Position numbers and translations under genes: made by a program | Shown: piece after piece, positions 27,016 through 37,944 of the stretch | Position numbering within the stretch: the stretch's first letter is position 1 | Layout of the letters: each line of letters starts with the position of its first letter | The notes under the pieces: model-generated | Databases searched by the model: none | What the model was told of the DNA's origin: nothing | The model's input: the letters and a program-made list of their open reading frames with translations, nothing else | Assembly: GCA_051362555.1 (NCBI GenBank) | Contig: CM120644.1 | Location: forward strand, 15,460,534 to 15,524,533 | Source: Lingula anatina | Taxonomy: Eukaryota > Animalia > Brachiopoda | Length of the DNA stretch: 64,000 bases | Reading direction: 5' to 3'

Positions 27016-27829
27016 GATCAATGTAGGAAAAACCTGGTTAAATCTAGTGATTTCATTTTTAATACGTCCTGCGTTTTACAGATGATATAATACACCGGGA
27101 CCTTTTGTGTTTAAGATTTTTTAAGTCTACACACACTGGACAATAGAAGTGTCACCCCCTGAATCAGAGTAATCAAAGTTATTAACCTGAAGAGGCGGAA
27201 TATAAGCAACGTCAGAATATCGATACAGTTGAATTGTTCAGTCAGAAACGTCTCTTATGTGAAATTTGATGTTAATAAAATGATACCAGGAGTATATCAT
27301 TCCACAGTCATTTATCTCCCCCAAAGTATTGATTCAGTAGGGGTGACACTTCTATTGTCCAGTGTGTGTATGTATGGAGGAGCCACACTCAGTTCACTTT
27401 CATCACTCTGTAAAATGTCTTTTATTTCTCTCTCAGACTTTCATGATAATGCCTATGATATGGATCAGAAATAGTCGCCCGATAATTTAACTATTCATCA
27501 GACACCAGAAAATGGTGGAAAAAAGGCGAAATAGATACATTACATTACATCACTATATATGAAATAATTATAACCATTAGGGCGAAAAATAAAATCTGAC
27601 AAAACGTGCCAAAAGATGCGATGAAATTGAATATTTTTTGTTGAGCATCTATCTGATTTGTAATAATAATAATAAAGTGCACAATAGTCGGTCATACTTG
27701 GAACAGCTCATATATATTGCGAAAAGTGCTGTCTAAGCTGCAGGAAGGAGCCAAGACACAACCAAAAAGAAAGACCCAAAAACACATCTAAGAACTGGAG
27801 GAATTCCCATCATCATCATCATCATCATC

Positions 27830-27873
<44 letters not shown>

Positions 27874-28029
27874 GTACAATACCTTTATTAATCCTGGCAA
27901 AGACCTCCAGAAACTTTCGTTCGGGATCATCTCCGCCCCCTTGGCGCCTTTAACAAACCTCATCACTAACACTCCTCCTATGAGATATACCACCACCGCA
28001 CATATCACACTGTAATGTAGATATCAATT

Positions 28030-28076
<47 letters not shown>

Positions 28077-30770
28077 TATGTATATAAATATTAAAAAATC
28101 TAAAATCTGAGCGGTTTCCGGATACAATGGACCCCCCTCTCCCCCCTTTTTTCCGCAAAATATATACATTTTAATGTTATACATGTATGATATATTTCTA
28201 CATTATCAATTTTTCTAGTATCCTAAAGCTATGACGCATACTTACATGATTATTAAAATACTTCCAGCACTGAGTCCGCCCGCTGACCCACCTGCTACGC
28301 ATGCGTACTTCGTTTTCAGAGTCATATACTAAAATTCAAAAAAGAAAAAAAAAATGAATGTTCCAACTATTGTTAGATAAATTGATTAATTGTCTAAAAA
28401 AGCCTAAAATCCGCAACCTTGAACTATCAATAAGCCTACAAGTGCATCTTTAAAACACTGATATCGCCGTTAACTTCACAATTTAAGTAGCTTTAAATAT
28501 GGCGTCTTGCAATAATACAAATTCATAGATAGAGAGTGTGTGTGTGCGTGTTGTTGCAAATCAAAAAGGCTCCAAGTGGTAGCCAATAAGATCGTCGTAA
28601 ATGCAAACCAAAATATTCTATGATGAAGAAGAGAGAGAGAGAGAGAGAGGGAGAAACAGACAGAGAGAGACAGAACGTACGTATTTTGCCTGACCCACTT
28701 CACCCTGCGCCGTTAGGTCTCCTTCATTTGGACCGCAGTCTATGCTAACGTACGAATCTCTGCAAGAAAATTATGTAGGCCCTTGACGTGTATTAATAAT
28801 AATAATAGTTATTATTATTATTATTATTATTATTATTGTTATTATTATTATTATTATTAAATCACCATCGATTTCCCTAGTACCCAGTTTTCATCCCCTA
28901 TATACAAGGGATCCCCATTACATTACGTACAGTGCGTTTATTTCCGTGTAGTAATACTTTGTTTTAAGCAACTGAGCAAGTTGGGTTTTACCAATAAAAA
29001 TGTGGTTTAAATAAATAAATAAATAAATAAATAAACGCACGAATAAATAAATACATAAATAAATACATAAAATAATTAAGGGGAAAACGAAAATGAAACT
29101 GAGCTGCTGAAGACAGCAATCTCAAACATCTATATACCTTGTAACCCCAACCGTGTCCACAGCCTGATAATGGATGGTCAGTCCGTTGGTGGGATCGTTA
29201 ATGAACTCAGCACTCTCCTGTATTCCGATAGGATAGGTGTCCCCTCCCCGACTCTGACACGCCTGGAATCATGGTGAAATCTCGCTTAGAGCAACGGCGG
29301 ATCCAGGGTTTATCTTGGGTACTTGTCCTTTTTTTGTTTTCGTATTTTGTTTAACAATTTTCCATACGTATTGTTCACAATAAAGTGAAACCATGCAAAA
29401 TTCTGGCAACCTCTCCCCTTCCCTCACCTCCCTCCCCTAGCGAAACCCTAGACCCGCCAGTTAATTTGGATGAGCAGCTTATCATTAATAGATGCGGACT
29501 ATGACATTTTCATTGACATTTCTTTCCTTTTCGGAAGAAAATGTCGCTAAAAACACGCTAATGCTGTTAGTTCGTTAGTCCGCGGATCAACTTTGGTTGT
29601 TAATGCGGCCTTAGACTCTTAAAAAATGGTTTAATTTTTACCATCTCCTTACAAGAGACATTGGAAAAACCATTTATTTTTTTTTTAATCAACAACACTG
29701 CCTCAGCTTATGCTTACAAACTTAATACACTCAATACACTGTTTTCATAACCAAAAACGAAGAAAAAATCCGTTTACAGAGACAGAGGTGCAACCTGCAC
29801 CCTCGTTGAATGGACTGCATGGGTTCCACGAGAATTGATCAGTGGCCCCTGGTTCAGTGTCTGCGATATCTTTGAATCTGTAAATAGATAAAAATCATTT
29901 AAAGGATTCCATCTCCAAAACTTAAGAAACAAGCCAACATGAAGTATATCTTACACAGTTTTTTTTTCTATTATTTGAAACGGTGACAGTTGAACCGACA
30001 CAACGGCTGCTAATGTAGAGCTAGGACGTCGGAAAAGCGGAAGATCTGCAGCTTTGGTCGAGCCCACACATTCTAAATATATTTTGTTTTTGTATAATAA
30101 GTATAGGTCTCACGTTAAGTCCAAGGTAGAGAGGATCCGAATTAATTTTAAATGTAGTTTGTTAGTAATTTAAGCATTCTCTCTTGTCACCTTGGCTCTT
30201 ACTAGTTATCACAGGAAATCTAGGAGAGCATTTGTGAGTACTGCTCAGAAGACTAGCCAGTCCTTATAAAAAAGCCAAGGTCAAATTAGCTTTATTACCG
30301 GCAATAGAGGCCTTACTGTTGGTCCACAAGTTATGAATTATTCCACAAGACAAAGAGTTATGCTTTTTACTGACAACTTGCAAAAACTTGGCACATTTAG
30401 TGTGCTTAACTGTCTTCAATATTCATAATTTTAGACCGTCTTTCCAAAATCTATACACATAAATTACACTTGCAATTGAGGAAATGGTTTGAAACCATAT
30501 TGAGGAACTTTTTAGACCAAAAGTAAACACTCATGATAACACATGACACATAACACATGCTAAAATGCAGTACAATATACAATATTACAAAATATACCGT
30601 GGTGTATTGTCCGTATTAGCCAGCGGTGTAAGATCGATAATGCCACCACTACTTTCACATCTACATGCTGTCTTCTTGGTACAGTCTATGTTCAGGATCC
30701 CTCCCACCGCCGCCACCAGTGTCAAAACTGCCATCAACCGTATACTTATTCTTTCATAAAAAGTCTTCAT
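26896..30770 (-). CDS. Cation-dependent mannose-6-phosphate receptor / ATG27-like type I membrane protein with one MRH domain (copy A, complete); 7 exons, 248 aa
   Basis: Exons 30770-30598, 29877-29778, 29262-29138, 28759-28681, 28328-28246, 28009-27883 and 26955-26896; GT-AG, 747 nt open. Motifs IDLTPL, FSWNPC, ACQ, MTLKTKYAC, GGLSAGSILIIIVICAVVVYLIGGVL (TM), GAKGAEMIPNESFWRSLPGLIKDG, and C-terminal YASI* (YxxPhi). Confidence 0.9.
27130..27368 (+). mobile_element. Tc1-derived MITE (239 bp), copy 2, in the last intron of MRH copy A
   Basis: Near-identical to 22474-22713, with TA target duplication. Confidence 0.9.
27808..27872. repeat. (CAT)n(AAT)n microsatellite just inside the last intron of MRH copy A
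   Basis: Directly visible. Confidence 0.95.
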
Positions 30771-31164
30771 GTTTAATCCATAAATAGTCCCTTCAATTTC
30801 TGATACCCTGTAACATGCAGATAATGAACTTAAGTCAGTGCGTTGACACAGATTGACACAGTATTCTCTTTTTATCAGTAGCGAGTTCTGCTGTAAATTT
30901 GTAATATGCGCCCCGTGTAGTAATGTCCTTAATGATAAGATAATGATTTGCAATAGCCCAGTTGAAGTGTATGAAATGAACGACATCAACTTTGAAATGG
31001 AGGTTCAGAGTATTTCTATCGGTTTTAAGGATTGTGATTACATGCAAAAAAAGAAACTGGAAGAAGAGAGATACAGTAGTAAAGGGGCAACGATATTCAG
31101 CGTTTACAGTAATTTGGTGGAAATGTAATCACAGCCCAATTAGGTCAAAGGGCACATTGTGATG

Positions 31165-31362
31165 CAGGCCCGTAGCCAGGGGGGGTTCGGGGGGTTCGAA
31201 AGAACCACCCCTTTTGCTGGGAAAAGGTAAAGAACCACCCCTTTTGCTGGGAAAAGGTCCACTTTGGGTAAAATTTGGTCTAGGTACATGAAGTTTTTAT
31301 GGAAAAAGGTCCACTTTTTCAGAAAAAGAACCCCCCTTTTGAAATTGCTGGCTACGGGCCTG
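31165..31362. mobile_element. MITE with caggcccgtagcc TIRs and 5-bp TSD TGATG, upstream of MRH copy A
   Basis: tgatg|caggcccgtagcca...tggctacgggcctg|tgatg. It is absent from the paralogous site near 35730. Confidence 0.8.
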
Positions 31363-31433
31363 TGATGTCAGCTGATATTGAGAGGGGGCATTCACCAACA
31401 GTGTCAACTAATGCAGACAATACTAGCGTGATA

Positions 31434-31690
31434 GGGACCATTCCCAGACCCTATCGTACTAACTGTGGATCGATCTGTCTCCAAGGGGTTCCTCGATAAA
31501 CTGCTTTCAGCTTAACCGGCTTAGATGTCTGGCACGCCTACTGAAGCTGCTAGGGGGTAATTAACTACCGTTTAGCAGCTTCAGAAGGCGTGCCAGACAT
31601 CCAAGCCGCTCAAGCTAAAAGCAATTTAGCGAGAAATCTCTCCGAGATGGATCAATCCTGTTAGATCAATCTAGGTATGGGAACCCAGTC
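31434..31690. mobile_element. Family H1 MITE upstream of MRH copy A
   Basis: ata|gggaccattccca...tgggaacccagtc|ata. It is absent from the paralogous site near 35790. Confidence 0.75.
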
Positions 31691-31962
31691 ATAGCTTGCT
31701 GTGCGTGTGGCATCATCCACTGCATCGAATTGCAGGCACTTTGTGATAGCGCATATAATTATGTAAAGGTTTAATGAAATGATTTCTAAAACATAGCCAA
31801 GGTACATTCTAATCATGCAATGCTAAAAACGAGGTGAAATCACTAATTAATTGATATTCATAAATAAGAATATATCCTTTAGCTTTTAAATACGAATAAT
31901 GTGTATTTCTTCAATATGGATGAAATAACAAAACAGAAAAGATCACATTTTTAAATGATAGC

Positions 31963-31968
31963 TTTATT
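31963..31968 (-). terminator. Duplicated candidate polyA signal downstream of MRH copy B
   Basis: Paralog of 36085-36090 (shared context gctttattcctggtt), ~960 nt downstream of the copy B stop codon. Confidence 0.3.
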
Positions 31969-32354
31969 CCTGGTTAACTGAACATGACTGAAAAAGTAAA
32001 ACATATGTATAGAGTGTGTCATACACATTACACATCACAAAATCATCTGGTTTCGATGTAATTTATCCACCGTTGATATGGAGGCCGTGTAGGAGCTATT
32101 TGAACCTATTTGATACTATTCCATATCTGATTATTACTCTATATCAGTACAGTGGCCAGGAGTTTTATGACGTTATATCCGTGTAAAATTAAAAAGGTAA
32201 AAAAAATAACTGGCCAGTACAGAAATTCGCATTAGTCAAAAAAATTATCTGTGGATACCCAGTGAAAAAAAATCGCTGTTGCTCTGCAGAGGGTATAGTA
32301 TCTAATGGCTTATTTTCAAGTGGTGTCTGAGGGCCATCTTCCAATGCTCCTGGT

Positions 32355-32356
<2 letters not shown>

Positions 32357-32401
<45 letters not shown>

Positions 32402-32870
32402 GATTCTTATATGGCGCCTTACATTCTATCTCAAGGCGCCTTACAATAATGGCTAATATCCTAAAATCATTAAAAACCAATTGGAAACCATTTAAAATTT
32501 ACACTACTAAAAATCATCTTATTAAAATACATATATATATATATTTAAAAAAAAACTAAGATATATAGACAGAATTAAAAATGTGGGTCTTTAAACGAGA
32601 TTTAAAATTGTCAAAGTCTTATGTTTTTCTAATAAAATTTGGTAGACCATTCCACACTTTTGGGGCGTAGATTATAAAAGCACGATCTCCATAACTTTTG
32701 AGGCACCCCTTCTCTAAAACAGAATGTTCTAAAATAAAATCATTCTCAGTATTAAAACGTGTGGACCGCCGTGGGAAGTTAAAACAGATAAGATCAGATA
32801 AATATAATGGTCCTTGTGAATGGATCGCCTTAAGAATAATACAAAGTACTTTAAAATCAATCCTCTGCTT
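32357..32870 (-). mobile_element. 5'-truncated L2/CR1-clade LINE fragment (ORF2 C-terminus, 3' UTR and (TAT)n tail)
   Basis: Minus-strand translation RIDFKVLCIILKAIHSQGPLYLSDLI...YGDRAFIIYAPKVWNGLP...FKSRLKTHIF, with a frameshift and a stop. The 3' UTR contains two aaggcgcc motifs and ends in an ATT repeat. Confidence 0.85.
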
Positions 32871-32928
32871 CCTCTGTGTTAAAGGTGTGATACTCTACAA
32901 TTGTGGTCCACTTGGAAAGGTTGCCCTT

Positions 32929-32992
32929 TTAAAACTGGCAGAGATTTTGCACCACTGCACACAATGCACTGTAATTGAAATAAGAACAACAA

Positions 32993-33031
<39 letters not shown>

Positions 33032-33805
33032 AATGTAATAAGGTTCGTTTTTAAATCTGCTTAACTGGTGCTCAACTTATAAAAGATGTTATCAAAAATA
33101 TGAATCTTTGGCGTGGTGGTCTCTATTCTTGGGTCGCGTAAAGCATAGTCAAGAATATTTTGTGGGTATACTTACATAATTATGAAACTGCTTCCTGCAC
33201 TGAGCCCACCGATCGGTCCACTTCCTGCTCGGAGTACGCCCAGCGGCCCACTTTCTCCATTAAGCCCGTCTATCGGTCCACTTCCTGTTTTGGGCCCACC
33301 CATCGGCCCACTTCCTGCGATACATGCGTACTTCGTTTTCAGAGTCATGTACTGAAATGCACCGAAAAGAGAAAACAATACTTAAATCCTGTCTCAAACT
33401 TTTAGTTAAAGTTTCGATAAACTTTATTAAACCAAGGCTTGCTGTGGACGTTCCTAGTATAGTTATGCTTCAAAAAAAGTGTGATTAGTGTGTGTGTGTG
33501 TGTGTGTGGGGGGGGGGTGTGTTTGGCCAGTTAAAAAGTCTCCAAAGACCAGCCGACTAAAAAGTTGCAAAAGCAAAATAATAGTGTTTACGAAAACAAA
33601 CAGACGAAGTGCCTTCAAAGATCTGTAGTGAAAACGAGAGAGAGAGAGAGAGACTGGAGAAAGCGAGAGAGAGTCAGAGAGAGAACGTAGGCTTACGTAT
33701 CTTGTCACTGTCTTTTCACCCTGCACCGTCAGCTCTCCCACAGTTGGACCGCAGTCAATGCTGATGTACGAGTCTCTGCAAGAAAACGATAAAGTATCTT
33801 TACAT

Positions 33806-33843
<38 letters not shown>

Positions 33844-34317
33844 ATCATTACACTTTCCCAGTACCAATTTTTCGTCACCATACACTTCACTTATATATAC
33901 TTCACTACTCTCCCTTCGTTACGCTTTTTTTTTTTTTTTTTGTAATGAGCAAAAGAAACAAGTGCAGTGCAACATTTAAGTGGATATAAATATGGTGGTT
34001 TCATAAATGAATAAGAAAATGAAAGGCAAAGAAAATGTAACTGGACTGCTAAAAACCTGTAAACTCAGGTTTCATTACCTTGTAACCCCAACCGTGTCTA
34101 TAGCCTGATAATGGATCGTCAACCCGTTGATGGGATCGTTGATGAACTCTGCACTCTCCTGTTTTCCGATAGCATAGGTGGCCCACTCCTGCTTTTGACA
34201 CGCCTGGGAATATAGTGGAACCTCGCTTTAAACAACATTGGCGGGTCCGGGGGGGGGGGGGGGGGTTAGCTAGTAGGGCCTACGAGTCCTTCCCTATGAT
34301 TATGAGGTGTACCCTTC

Positions 34318-34372
<55 letters not shown>

Positions 34373-34485
34373 CACACACACACACACACACAAACACAAA
34401 CACACAAAGGTAATGCAAAAGAAGAAAAGGAGGACAGAAGAGCGTAAGGAAAAGGGATAGGGGTGGTAATTCGTGTCTCGTAACC

Positions 34486-34534
<49 letters not shown>

Positions 34535-35328
34535 TGAATATTTACAGAGACGTTGGTACAGCCCACGCCCTCGCTGAATGGATAACATGGGTTCCACGAG
34601 AACTGAGAATCGGGTTCAGTCCCTTGGACATCTTTGAATCTGGAAATTAACCATGATCATTTTAATGATTCCAATTTCATATTGAGAAAAAAAAAATAAA
34701 GATGTTTTTACACAGATTTCTATTATTTGATACAAAGACGGTTGATTCACTAGTAGAACTGCAGTGTAGAGGTTCGTTCAGCGTCACCAACGTCAAAACA
34801 GATAAAAACTGTATGCTTATTAAGTTATTGGGAAAAACGTTCTTCATTTTGGCAGGGAAATGCCATAAAACTGGTAGAAACCGTATACCTAAAGGAAAGC
34901 AACCCTTTATTTGGCGGGGGAGTTCCATAAAATATTTTTTTCCTGGGGTAAACGACGATATTCCCATACTTCCACAATTTTTCTTCACTTTCAAATGGTT
35001 TATGAACCGGTTCCGACACTCAAAGTTACTTTTTTATTGCGGATTTTTTAAATCTCAAATGAAGAGTTCTTATCACTTAAAACTTTTAAAACACGCCTTC
35101 ATATTTACAACTACCGTATTACATGTACATGAATATAATGTGTTACTAAACTTACCGAGGTGTATTGTTCTTATTAGCCAGCGGTGTAAGATCGATAATA
35201 TCACCGTTAATTTCACAACTACATGCCGTCTTCTTGATACAGTCTATGTTCAGAATCCCTCCCACCGCCGCCACCAGTGTCAAAACTGCCATCAACCGTA
35301 TACTTAAGCTTTTATAAAACATCTTCAT
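32929..35328 (-). CDS. MRH-domain paralog (copy B), C-terminally truncated, lacking most of the TM helix and all of the cytoplasmic tail; 6 exons, 228 aa (functional variant or young pseudogene)
   Basis: Exons 35328-35156, 34639-34546, 34203-34079, 33775-33697, 33351-33176 and 32968-32929; same intron phases as copy A; 687 nt open. Homology to exon 6 of copy A stops after ALCAVV (~32950), followed by QNLCQF*. Confidence 0.75.
33190..33318 (-). repeat. Coding 30-bp tandem repeat (4 copies) in exon 5 of MRH copy B
   Basis: GSGPMGGPKT GSGPIDGLNG ESGPLGVLRA GSGPIGGLSA. The exon is 176 nt versus 83 nt in copy A. Confidence 0.9.
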
Positions 35329-36084
35329 GTTTAAAACTGAGGACGGTTCCTTGAATGTCTAATATCGTGTTAAATGTACTTAGTTAAATGTATCTAATGG
35401 GATCGGTGTGGAAACACTGTTTGACTGAGAACGCCCTCTATTATCAGTAAGGAGTGCCGGCTGTAAGATTGCAATACGCCTCCCGTGTTGCAAAGTTCAT
35501 TATTATTAGTCTTTCAATTTGAAATAAGTCAGATGAGGTTAATGAAAAGGATGGCACAAACTTTGAAGGGGACCACGAAAATATTTTTGCCGGTTCAGAC
35601 AAAAGTAATACAAAAATAAAAGAAGTGAGAGAAGAGCGATGTAGTTTTAAAGGAGTGGACAGGGTATTCGTTGACAGTTAGGGCCTATTTTTGTACACGA
35701 ACAGGCTTAGCTCAAATAGGTCAAAGTGTACGTTGGCTGATATTCAGGATGGTCTTGGCAGGCACTCTGTCAATAAATAGAGACAATATTAACCTTGTAG
35801 TTCGCCATACACGTGACAATTTTTAGTATATCGTATCGACCTTTTGTGTTGGCACACATAATCACTCACTGCATAGACTTAATAAAAATAAGCAGTTTAC
35901 ACTTTGTATTCATGTAGGGCTACAGACCGGACAAATCCTCAGCCTGTTAATTATGAATCATTGTCATAAATAACAAAAAAAAAAAAAAAAAAAAACATTT
36001 CAGTTTTAAATACGAAATAATTGCACTTCTTCAATACCATTACAAAAATAACATCAAGAAATTATTAGATTTTTAAACAATCGC

Positions 36085-36090
36085 TTTATT
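36085..36090 (-). terminator. Candidate polyadenylation signal AATAAA (3' end of the disordered-protein gene)
   Basis: AATAAA on the minus strand with T-rich sequence downstream. The motif and its flank are conserved in the duplicated block at 31963-31968. Confidence 0.35.
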
Positions 36091-36458
36091 CCTGGTTTAC
36101 TGTGAACACGACTGTGAAAAATAAATTTAAAAAAACCCTTCACTCCAGGACAACTACACAAATAGGGATGAGACTGCCATTTATTGAAAAAGGTCAGGAA
36201 AAATGACACGAGGTCCAGGTGGCCGCCTAGGCTAATGATATTTTTGGTTCCAAAAAAAGTCGAAAATCCGATTAAAGTGTGAAAACTCTCATCCCTCTGT
36301 ACAATACATCTAATCACATCTGGTATTGATGTAAATTATCCATTGTTGAAACTAGGGAGGCAGTGTAGGTACTATTTGAACCCATTTGACACTAGTCCAT
36401 AATATCCATTTATTCTCCAACAGAGACCCAACTGAGTGGTGATGCCCTTTCTGTGTAA

Positions 36459-36497
<39 letters not shown>

Positions 36498-37782
36498 CAG
36501 TGGACAGAACAGAAATGTACCCAGAATAAACCAAAAAGTTCTCCGTGTCTATTTAAATACCTAAATAGTCCGCTAGAAACCGTAGTCCTTTAAAAACGAT
36601 TTCTATTGCTTTGTAAAGGTGACAATTGTCAGGGATAATTTCATTAAAAGGATAATAACTCTTCGTATGAGATCTATATTTCACAATAAAAACATTGTGA
36701 ATAACTCATAGAAATATAACATATTCTGTTTGACCACAAAAACGGCAGTTATAGCTATTATTCTGATATCTGAGCTCGTCTTTAGACCACGTGACCTCCA
36801 TTGATGGCTATACTCTGCTAAAATCTCTTAAGAGATTTTAACAAAAAACCAAACTTTTTAGAAAAAAACCAGGGACTAACTTTGAATGTAAAAATGGATT
36901 CATTAATTATTGGTAAGTATGGGAAAATTGTTGTTTACTCTAGGAAAATTCATTTTTTGGCCGAATCGAAGAGTTATTATCACTTTAATTACGACGTATA
37001 TAATAATATACAGCTGTATTTATAATAAACACTCATAACAATTAAAAAACAATCACTATCAAACATGTAAAAACAAGTATGATATTAATAATACAACACC
37101 TCCCTTCCATTAAAATGCGGTTTTGACTCTTTCCAATGGAGAAAAGGATTATTTAAAGCAATGTTCTTATCATTAGAACACTGTCAGCAACAAAATTGAA
37201 AAGCAAGCTAACAAACATTTCCATTCTATTAAATAAAGGCACCACAAGCTCTTAATAAAATGTATAAGGATTCTAAAATAGTGTATCTGAAAAATCGAGT
37301 ATATTTCCCTCATTGGAAAGATGGAATCATTACCGTAGTAGCTAGCCAGATGCTACGAAGGCCATTTTGCCTGTAAAGCCCAATCCAAATTCCAACACAT
37401 AACATATAATTCCAAATGCCATTAAGCTTATTTTCATTTTGAAATAAGCCCAAGAAGCACAAAGTTTTATAACAGTATCTAGGTCACAATGAAAAGTTTG
37501 GATTTTTTCACTTAGTCATCTGTTCAGATTTCTTTTCTTTTTTTTTAAATCCCATTCAATATTTGCTGTGATAAAGGAATATTTGTGAATTGCAAACAGA
37601 TCTCCACTCTGTTGTTATTCCTATCATGTCCAGTGATCTCACAGAAACTATGGCAGAAATAGCTCATTTGCAAAAAGTTAGAAGAAGATGAATTAATCTA
37701 TAATTTATAAACTGCTTGACTGTGCTGCAGCTAAAATCAGAATAGCAAAAGCAGTGCTTGTACAAGACATTTTAAAAAAATC

Positions 37783-37903
37783 TTATATTTCAGACTTTCC
37801 CAAAGTGTTAGTCCTTCGCAGCCTAGAAACCACTATTGGCGAGGAATGATCTGTGGCATTGTGCTGGGCTGGGGCAACTGTCTTCTGAAACGATTTCTGA
37901 AAA

Positions 37904-37944
<41 letters not shown>

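Larger units (their letters stand above)
27990..36630. repeat. Tandem segmental duplication: ~27990-32300 is paralogous to ~32950-36630
   Basis: Exons, intron flanks, intronic microsatellite positions and upstream sequence all align, for example 31880-31995 with 36003-36120 and 32030-32125 with 36305-36405. Boundaries are approximate. Confidence 0.85.

Noticed and set aside
27437-27474. Plus-strand terminal exon DFHDNAYDMDQK*
   Set aside because: It lies antisense within the last intron of MRH copy A, with no supporting linking exons.
27733-27882. Poly-Ile/poly-Met second TM segment in MRH copy A
   Set aside because: It is read-through into an intronic microsatellite. A donor at 27882 splices in frame to the family-typical DG...YASI exon.
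34702-35307. 201-aa plus-strand ORF
   Set aside because: It is antisense to exon 1 and intron 1 of MRH copy B, has no motif, and is not preserved in copy A.
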